Part shown: one piece after another, positions 53,400 to 64,000 of the stretch
Layout: each line of letters starts with the position of its first letter
How positions within the stretch are numbered: position 1 is the first letter of the stretch
Program-made: the position numbers and the translations under genes
NCBI RefSeq assembly: GCF_009914755.1
Contig: NC_060928.1
Reading direction: 5' to 3' (one strand)
Length of the DNA: 64,000 nucleotides
Source: the human T2T-CHM13v2.0 reference genome, Homo sapiens
The notes under the pieces: generated by a model
Seen by the model: only the letters and a program-made list of their open reading frames with translations
Told to the model about the DNA's origin: nothing
The model's database searches: none

Positions 53400-54930
53400 A
53401 TACTTCATATATGACATATATATTTCAAAAATAAATTGAAAGCTCATATAACTGACATCTTGAGAAATACAGCATAGCACTATAGAAGACCTCTTCCTGA
53501 AATAAATCTAATCCCTTCTCCCAATTTGTTAATGTGCATCACTGTTTAATATACAATTGTATAAATATATCACAATTTATTTGGCTGTTATGAACAAAGC
53601 TGCTATAGTCATCATCCTTATGCATACTCAGTTGTAAAAATATGTTCCATTTTAAGGTATATTTTTAGGAGTGGGCCAGAGGTTATAAGCATCTTCATGT
53701 TTTCTAAGTATTTCCAATTTACCTAAGACACTTGTATCAGTATGTACTCCCACCAGCAAAATAAGAGCACTGTCAGTTATTCCACATTCTTCTTAGACTG
53801 TTTACTCTTGGCCAATATCATGGATATATAGTAGTATCTAATAGTAGGTTTTAATTTATATTTCCAGATTTCTAGTTAAGATAATTTTTATGTTTGAGGA
53901 GGCAGTTGGATTACCCTTCCTGTGAAGTATATGTCCAAATCTCTTGACATTTTAGTATAGTGTTGTCTTTATTTTTTTTTTTTAATTTTAAGAGGTCCTT
54001 GTACTTTCTGAGTGAACTTTTTGCTTTGTAGGCCTTCTCTGTTTTACGTTTATATGTGTTTTTTGTTTCAAACTTTCCGCATTTATTTTTATAATTCGCT
54101 TTGTGTTTGGTTTAGTTTTAAAATCAGCTATCATATCTTTAGCTTCTAGAATATCTGTCTGGTCCTTTTACAAAAATTTGACTTTGACATCATTTTTAGT
54201 TTTCAGTTTTCTGCTAATATTTTCATACCATACCTTCATTGCTTTGTGTATAGTAAGTGTATTCTACTTTATAATCTGTGCCAGATTATTTTAATATCTT
54301 AATTTTATTGCCTCCTCTGGATTTTACTAACAGCATCTTCTTTCCTTAGGAACCTTGTTTCCCTTGGCTGGGCCTAAGACATATAGGAAATGATTTTGTT
54401 GTCGTTAGAAATCACTATGGCCTACAGTAATGTTTTCAGCCTCCTGAAATGTTTTTTTCTTTTGCACCTGGGACTCTACTTTGCAATCACATTATAAGTT
54501 CAACACTTGACTTCCTCAGATCACACAGGAAACAAGCTAGACTGTGTGGATTTCTTTACTTTTGCATCTGGTTCTGCTTTTGGGATCTCCACTTAAATTT
54601 GGGTTAAACCAAAGTCCTCAAATTTGATTGCTTCTGAGTTTTGAGTTTTGCCTCTGAAGAATCTATCAAAGGCACAGATCAGAGTGTCTCAGCTGGTTCT
54701 TCAGGAAGGACAAGTGCTCTCACAGCAAAAGTAGCTTTTAGGGCATAAACCTCTAAGTTCTTATTAGTTTCTGTATCTTGGCCCAATAATGCTTCACTTA
54801 TTTTTATTAACATGTAGAATTTTTTTATTTGAAATTATTTTTTGCTCGATTTTTAGTAGCTTTTTAATTGTCCTCAGCAAGAGGTTTTGCGCTAAGTATT
54901 TAAATCACCATTACTGGAAGCAGCAGCCAA
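53400..54930 (-). mobile_element. Degenerate L1ME fragments
   Basis: 'tatgaacaaagctgctat', 'tactcccaccagcaa', 'ttccacattct', 'ccattactggaagcag'. Confidence 0.55.
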
Positions 54931-55233
54931 TACACATCAAAACTTTTGCAGTTTTTTGTTTTTTTTTTTTCCACACCTTGTCAGCTTTGTGCCTCATATA
55001 GTCCAGGCATCTTCTTTAATTAGTTTGGAAAACTCCGACTCATGCTTTAAAACACAGCTCCAGAATTTTCATTTAAGATGTTCATGGATTGCTCTTTCTC
55101 CACGATTTTAGTGACACGCCTGTGAAGTCGTGGCTAACTGCCTACTGTTTATGATCCTTCCCTTCATATAAACCACTTATTTACTATGTGTATCATTGTC
55201 ATCACAATTATGCTATGTTGTACTTTTTGTTAA

Positions 55234-55743
<510 letters not shown>

Positions 55744-55749
55744 TGATAT

Positions 55750-56150
55750 CATTCAAAAATCTGTTCAAAGCTGACTTCGTCAGCGAGGCTTTTTTTGACC
55801 ACTCAGTTAAAAGACCCCTCCTCAATCACTACTATCCTTTTTATCTGCTTTATTTCAAAATATGCATCACTATTTTAAAAACTGCATTTTTTTTTTCACA
55901 CTTGGCTTCTCTATTATATGTTCCTCCCATGAAAATGATTCTTTATCAGGGCTGGCAATTAGCTTGCCTCATCTTCCATTTTTATTCCCAATATCTAGAA
56001 TTTTGCTTAACTAGAATTGTGCTCAACCCAGACCAGGCATTCGCTAAATGAGTGAATTGTTTGACTCCCTCAATAGATTCTCAACTTCCTGGAGGTAAGA
56101 AGTGCCTGCTAGGTTCTATTTTATCCTCAATGGCTATTATATTATAGTCA
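55750..56150 (+). mobile_element. L2 fragments
   Basis: 'tcagcgaggctttttttgaccac', 'tttattcccaatatctaga...gtgctcaa...aaatgagtgaat'. Confidence 0.55.
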
Positions 56151-56686
56151 CTCAACATGTTATTGATAAGAAATATACTAGAAACAAAGGTTTAAAACTA
56201 TTAAAAAATTATATAGATTCAACGTTATGAAACTTCCTAACATTGGTACAGTTCAGAAGTTTAAAAAATGTATTTTTTATTAATTAAAAAAATTAGACTT
56301 TAAATGAAAACATCATATGTTACAGTGATGGAAAATTATAAAAGTAAGTTGTTTCTCACAGTGAGAATTACCTAGGGATTTTTGCTAGAAGCAAAATGTT
56401 CAAAGATCTAACATCTAAAGGCTTAGAAGTGGAAGTAAGAGTATGAGTGATGCTTCAGTGTCTTCCTTTTGTATTTGGCAAACAGCTTCATTCACATCTT
56501 TCTTATTTTTCAATTCTTTTGACAAACGCTTCAGAGGGCTACTGGTGATGAAAACCTTGACAGACTCAAGAATAAATTTTATAATGGAAAAAAATTCAAA
56601 TTGATAAAGACATTTTGAGAAAAAATAAATTCAAACAAGGAATATACAAGTAAATGTGATATTTAACAAGGAATTATTTTCTATAG

Positions 56687-57124
<438 letters not shown>

Positions 57125-58399
57125 TAAAAATAGCATATGTTCACAAGGTACACATATCCCGAGTACAATCAGAAGCTTCCAGTAATAGTCAGAACAATAG
57201 TACATATCTGATGCAAACTGATATTGTGATGCCAATCGAATCATAAGTGGATATTTAACCATGACTCCTTGTCTTTTGAATCAAGCAAGTTATTGGGTGC
57301 TGCAGATATCTTACAGAACTCCTATGACTGCCTTGTATTTTTCCACTTGGGATGTGGCATTCATTCCATTCTTTCCTCTTCAAAGCCACCTGATCAAAGC
57401 ACTGATTCCTGATAGTAGCCACTTCCCTGTCATACATTTTAGCACCCCACATTTTGATGACTCTAATCATCCTCCATCTTTCCAGAACTGTGACCATATT
57501 AAAATGTTGAGACCGTCGGCTTTGTTTGTGTTGGAAACTTATGGAAACAGGAAAATAAAGTAGATGACTTTGCAGAGTGTTTTGTTATTTTTAAAGATGC
57601 ACGTGTCACAATGTATTCATATTTGAAAGAGTAACAGCACATTCTGACTTTTAGAGGAAGCTGTAGGATGTGGGTATTGAAGAAACCACTGAGATTTGGC
57701 TCCAACGTAGACCTTACCATTCCTCTAGTGTTGTGGTAATTTTTCCCTCCAGTGGAACCAGGAACAACCTTAGCCATTAGGCACAAAGATAGCTCGAGAT
57801 GCATGCACCCTTTAGATCTCAAAATTATCACTGACCTCCAATTTCCGAAATCTCATCACTTTACTTACTTACCTTGACCTGTCTCTGAAATCAGGATACC
57901 TAGAATCCCCTGTCTTAACAGCAGAAATCACCTGATAGTCTGCTCATTGTAACTCCCATGAAGTTTCTTAAGTTTTTATGCCGTATACCCAAATCTTCTT
58001 TGCATCCTCAGCTCAATTCCCTAAGATTTCAAAACGAGGATAGAGTTCTCACTAATGACACACCCGGTAATCTATTTTGTAAATTCAAAGTACTTGGAAC
58101 TAGAGTGTGATAATAAAAAGAGTTTCTTTATGATGCGAGTGATCAAATTGCCCTTGAAAAACTAATCAGACCTCTTGCATCTTAACCTCATAACCTCTAA
58201 AGAACCTAAGTAACCTCTTTACTCATGTTAGGAAGGGATAAACTGAGAAAAGAATGAAGAGTAATATTGGTATTGACTGGCTGAAAGAAATTCCTGTTGT
58301 TATAAAGAAAATATTTTGAAGCAATATTGTCTGCTAGAAATAATCTTTTATAAAATGATGTTGTAATCATTTCTTGAGGGCTTACAAATGCATTATACT

Positions 58400-58600
58400 T
58401 AGCCTTGCATTCATCATCTTATTTAACTTCCAAAACATTTCTCTTGTTTAGAAACTATCATTGTTCCTATTTTACTGATGAGGATTTTCAGGCTTAAAAA
58501 GGTTAAATAACTTGTTCTAAATAACAGAGTTAGGAAGATCTTAAGCCAAGGTATTGACATCATAGACTGAATACTTAAACATAATTCTAAACTACCTCCC
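58400..58600 (-). mobile_element. MIR fragment
   Basis: 'cctattttactgatgagga...ggcttaaaaaggttaaataacttg'. Confidence 0.65.
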
Positions 58601-58714
58601 CAAGCCCTTAAAGGCATTGTAGAACTAATTTTAAATATTCTTTTGACCAAATGAGAAGAAAAACAGATATTTCTACTGTTATATCTTGCTAACAGAGGAA
58701 TTTTAGCTCATATT

Positions 58715-58860
58715 CTCTGTTTTCCTAAATCTCAGTTTTCTCATCTGCAAAATATAGACTATAATCTCACAATATACTTGCAGTTTTTTGGTAAAATGGA
58801 ATTAATTAGCACAAGCAATGCATTAGAAAAAAAGTATGGTTCATGAAAACACCTCATTTA
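58715..58860 (+). mobile_element. MIR fragment
   Basis: 'tctcagttttctcatctgcaaaat'. Confidence 0.65.
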
Positions 58861-61800
58861 ATGATGTTGCATTAACATTACTAGAAATAAAGCAAATATA
58901 TGTAATACTTCAGTATGTTAACAGATGATTTAAATGCTTTGCCATATTTTCTGTCTCATTTACCATTTTCAAATTTGATGTATTCAAATGTGCTTTCTCT
59001 ACTGCTGGGCAGCTATTGTGTATTTTTGTCAGAATTATTTATAATAAATTATTATTATGAATTACAATGTAGTGATGATCATAGAGAGCTTTGAAAATGT
59101 TAATAATGTTGTCTTAACCAGTTAGGGTTTTCGGGGGTTAACAAGAAGCACTAACTGGCAAATTAACCTGAGAACCACTCACAGAAATAACCAATTAGTC
59201 AGATACCGGGTTGCTCGTCAACTCAAGGGATGGACTGAAGGACTAGGCTTAGAAAATGGGTACAGACTATGAATTTTTTTTTTAGATTCCAACACTTGGG
59301 CAAAATAAATTCTGGGGTTTTCTCTTTGGGAAGCCCAGGGCATTGTCTAGCAGGATATCTGGGGATTATCTGATTCTATAGGGTGCGCTGTTTATTGGCT
59401 TGCTATTGACAAGGCTATTTACAACCCTGCAGAGATAGCAGTTATAAAAACTGATTGCAATGCAACTAATTCCTGTTAATGATAATGCTATTAAATTATT
59501 TCCACTAGAAAACATAAATTTCTGCAAGTCAAAGTTTTATGTGAATCAATTTTAACATCTTACTGGTTATCTCATTAATTAAAGAGTTGCATAAAAATTC
59601 TTGACAGTTGAGTATTTTATATTTTTATGATAATCATGTATTTATAATTTTGGAAAACCAAATACATTTTAGCATAACCATAGAATGAAATCATCATCTT
59701 CACCAATTTTATCACGGGAGCAGCCTTAATAGCATAGGGGTGCTAATACTTTTGGGGAAAATGGTAGAAAAAGGTAGACTATTAGCATGTGATTGTTGTC
59801 TACTGCCAATTTGCACTACACACTATTTAAAAAGAGAAAAACTTGAATTAGAATTAGCCAACAGAGAAGAAAATAAAATAGTGCTTAGAGGAGTACTCTC
59901 ACTCAGTGGCCTCTCAATGTAAATTGACTGAGAGTGTACCATTATTTGGTTCCCTGTGCATTTAGGCAAGTCATAAATTTTTGCCACTTAAATTTAAGTT
60001 GATTCTCCAGAACTGTCTCAAAGGTCTTTCCTTAAGTATTATTTCCCAGTAAAAGGAATTTTGTACATTAAAATAAGCTGATCTTAAGGGTGTTACTGTC
60101 CCATTGCAGCTTATTTTTTTTTTTCGATTACTTTAAAGCAGCATGAGTAAAACATGAGGCTCTTAGGTTAAACAAAAAATTAGAGAATCATTAGTATTCC
60201 AGAGTTCCAACAGTCGAGATCAGTGGCTTTGATTATTAGCACATGGCAATTAGCAATGGAAACTAAGTTAGAGTTCTACTAATTTTTGTACAAATTGAAA
60301 CCCACTTCAAATTAATTAAAAACTGATATAGTAAATGAATCCTTAAAGCAATCCAGTGCCCCCACATTTCCTTCAGTAGTAATGTGTCTGTGAAAACAGG
60401 ATCACCCCAAGGGAAGGCATCATCTACTGTAATTCTCAGCTGTAGCATTCAGGTACCAGAGAAAGAATGAATCTTCAGCAGTGAGAGTCAGGGTTGCCAT
60501 ATTGTCTGGCTAATGGGCACATATTCTATGCTACTCCTTACTAAAAGAATTTAAGAATTACTATAAACCACTATTTTTAGGTATTTTTGATGTTTCCTTT
60601 TTCTGAATAAATATTATAATTTTTTTCCTTGTATCTCTTCTGCAATTTTATCTGGGTATATTAGAGGCAGGCAAACTATCTTTCGTTTTACAGGTAACCA
60701 GATGATAAAGAAAGACAGTTGTCCATATGGAGAGAAACAAACTTCATTGTGATTTTATCTTGATACAAACTGGAGATGACATTGTGTATGTTGGGATTAT
60801 CTTATTTTCCTGGGAAGATGGCATGTAGAGATTTTGGCTACTAAAGAGGAACTGGCAGATATTGATAGTCATCAGGCCAATATTAGTCTCCTTTTTCCTT
60901 AATATTAGAACCCAGTGGGAGATTGGCAACAGACAGGCCTAAAACAAGAGCAAATGTTTTCCTTACTCCTTGTGATTAGATCATGGCCCTATGATATAGC
61001 ATTAATCAATAAAATATATCATTCTCTGATATCTCTCTCTTTCTTCCAGAATCTGGGCTTAGTTAAAATTCTAGCAGCCATTTTTGCAGCCATAAGTAAA
61101 AGGCCATAAAAATCCCCAAGACATTTTACTTGATTTCCTTAAGTGTCTGAAGCAACATCAGAAATTATTCTCTCCAGCCCTCTTGTTAAATTAGAAAATA
61201 TAGTTAAACCACTGTAGTCAGTTTATCTTGCATGCAGCAAAATGTAAATCCTAACTGAAATACCTATTTTCAAACCACTGGTCTCCTGAAGGGGAAGTGA
61301 AAAGATATTTTATTCCTTGAATAAGTTAAGGAAGAGAAGTCATCAAACAACATTCATCAAGCTGTCTTCTAATTCATCTGCCTCCAAATGTCTCAATACA
61401 CAGTTCCTCCTGCCCATTCCAAGTTTCTGTCTTCCCAGGATTCCATATGGTATCATGGCTTATCATGTATTTAAGACCTTGTGAACTAATGTCTTGTTTT
61501 TTCTGTCTCAAAGTTCAGTAAACACTGTCTAGTTCAATTATCACTGCCTAGTTCAATTACCATCTTCCTCAAAGGTATTGATTCCTCTTATTCGATTATT
61601 GCTTTCTCTCTCATATTCTCTGTCCTTGTGGATTTGTACGTTATTTACCCCCATCCACCCTTTACAGCCATTATATAATCAGATATAATAGTTTCTTGGA
61701 AAATCTTTAAAATTCCTGCCTAATCATCAGAGGACCGAAAGTCAATGATTTTTTAGCAAATCTTTAAAGATGTTCAGGTATCTACTCATTTCAGAAAATC

Positions 61801-62114
61801 CCCATTACAACATGAGTTCTTACTTCTCACTCTTTTTCTAAATGAGTATGTAAGCTTCTTTTGCTCCAAAAGTCTAGCAGAGAGTTCTTTCACTTAAATT
61901 TTTCTCTGACAATTAAATATTAAGTCAATTGATGTAGCTTTTTGCACATTTGCCATAAAATACACGAATAAAAAATAAAACTTTTCTATTTATAGATTTG
62001 TAAGTAAAGCTTTATTTCTTGAGATCTTTAAAAATTTCAAATACAGTAATTATCCTAAAATGATACCAACGCAAACACCTATAATGTCACATCCTAACCT
62101 TTGACTTTGGCTAT

Positions 62115-62550
62115 ACCTGTGGTGACAGTACCGTGGGAAATTATGCTTACTTCACACTAGTAGCATCCCAACTCTTATTTCTCATCTTAGGACTTCTCCA
62201 AAACATAAGTTTGTGAAGGATAACCTAAGCACTGCCCAGAAGTACAAGGAGTTAATATCCTCTGAGGACAACTCCCAGTAAATAGAAAATAGGAACCATT
62301 GATAAACATGTCAGCTTCCAGATCTTCATGGAGATAATGTTGGGAGGTTACTCAGAAGATTCCAATGAAGCATGCCCCTATTGTTTTCCCATTACAATAA
62401 CATCAATAACGTACCTCTATGATTGATTTGCTTCTTCTCTGTTTCACTCTTCCTAGTTTCTCACATTTTCTACCTTAGATAATCTCCCAAATAAGTTATC
62501 CCTACTCAAATCCTCGTCCCAGTCTTTGGTGACAAGACAAACCAAGCAAA
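62115..62550 (+). mobile_element. ERVL-type solo LTR (LTR33/LTR16 group), degenerate
   Basis: 'ggagttaat', 'ataacgtacc', 'ctctgtttcactcttcc', 'ctcccaaataag...actcaaatcct'. Confidence 0.6.
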
Positions 62551-63330
62551 AAGAGGTATCAATAACCTTACATCTAGGTCTAAACATGCTCTTGGAGACA
62601 CTGCTGTCCAGATTCTCACAAACAAAGGGACTCTACTTATCAGAAGGCTATAAATAAACTGCAAACAGAGGCTATAAAAGCATAAAGGAGAAAACTTTAC
62701 ATTTTACTCAGGTTTAATAACATTTATTGATGATTTAAAATGTTAATATATGTATAAGACACTATATAAGATCGGTATAAGACACTGTAACAATATAAGA
62801 AGTGAGTTGTATAGTCCTTTTGGGAACACTGAACAGAATGTCTGGGAACTATCTCATTCGTTGTTCAATCAAAATATTTGATGTATATTCACCTAAAAAT
62901 AGAATTTTAGAGTCTGGACAGAGTAATATAAAAATGATCAAAATTCATATACTCTTATATTTATATTTTTGTTGTAAAATTAAAGTGCAATTGCTGGTGC
63001 AATATGGTGAAAATAATAACTCTAAGAGTATAATAATATTTTCATATTATACTGGATACTGAAAAGAATCCAGAAAACACACAGTTAATTGATACTTAAA
63101 TTTCCAGAGAGCTAAAGAATCAGGTAGTGACATGTACTGAATCAATAGCATCATAATATAACATTTTACCTGTGTGGTTAATGGATATTTCCATGAATAT
63201 ATGCTAGCAGGTCAGCTGATACAGAATGATATTAGGCAGGAAAATTACTCATAGTTGTGTTTAATAAAATGAGAAAGAATTGTCAAATGACACTAATAAT
63301 AATAATAATCCTATAGCAGGCTAAATAATT

Positions 63331-63384
63331 CCATAATAATTACAAGTATTAATCTCACCATAATAATTACAAGTATTAATCTCA
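63331..63384. repeat. Perfect 27-bp tandem duplication
   Basis: ccataataattacaagtattaatctca x2. Confidence 0.95.
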
Positions 63385-64000
63385 CTTTCTTCACTGATTA
63401 TGAATCTCCTATCTTTTCAATGTAAATGGGGGTGGCAGATTGCAATGAGTTGTGAAAACCCAGCAGTGACTTTGGCAGTGAAGCCCTCTCATCAATTTTG
63501 ATAAATTAAAATGATTTTGGATTTTGGTTAGCTCTTGGTCTTGAGTAGATTCAACAACTTTATTTTTGCACATGTCTTATATAAAAAAAAGAACCATTGT
63601 AAATTCTTGCTGTCATTTCATGGAGCCAATACAATTATAGTGATAACAGAGGGCAATTGACAGCATTAGGGCAGGTAACTATCTTGAAGTACTGGAATTA
63701 GAAATAAAATTCCAATATTTTATATAACCTTGCTTTTTTGATAAAAATGATAGTATTGCTTACCTTGTAGACTCCTGCTATTATGTAGCTATTTTTAGCA
63801 TGTATATTGTATCATATGCCTTTTGTTTCTGGGTAACTAATCCACTTAGAGATCAAGTGGGTTGCAAAACCACTTTTACTGGTGGGTTAGCTTTATAATT
63901 AAAAATAGCTGAAAAAGGGAAGAAAAATATTTCACATTAAAATAAACTTAAGTTTGACCAAAATGTTTACTCACTGTAATGGTGATTCTTAAGGTACAGA

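Overview
This is AT-rich, gene-poor primate genomic DNA. An AluY-lineage element suggests a catarrhine (human/ape-like) source. I find no credible host protein-coding gene, tRNA, rRNA or CRISPR array; the longer supplied ORFs are explained by Alu, L1 or simple-repeat translation, and the short ones look like chance AT-rich frames. The window is mostly transposon fossils. These include a near full-length L1PA7-like element lacking its RT catalytic segment (20039-26066) and a ~10 kb old minus-strand L1MA carrying nested THE1, MER44/Tigger7 and Ricksha (MULE) insertions (27680-37792). There is also an inverted (twin-priming-like) L1PA (42870-44758), six Alus, MaLR/ERVL solo LTRs, Tigger MITEs, and MIR and L2 relics. 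The most unusual items are a ~0.8 kb fold-back minisatellite bracketed by unique-sequence inverted repeats (9999-10815), a local CpG/GC-gain tract (55500-55800), and repeat-poor sequence at 47.9-52 kb with splice-site and enhancer-like motifs. I see no convincing previously undescribed biological system. Subfamily names come from my recollection of consensus sequences and need RepeatMasker/Dfam confirmation.
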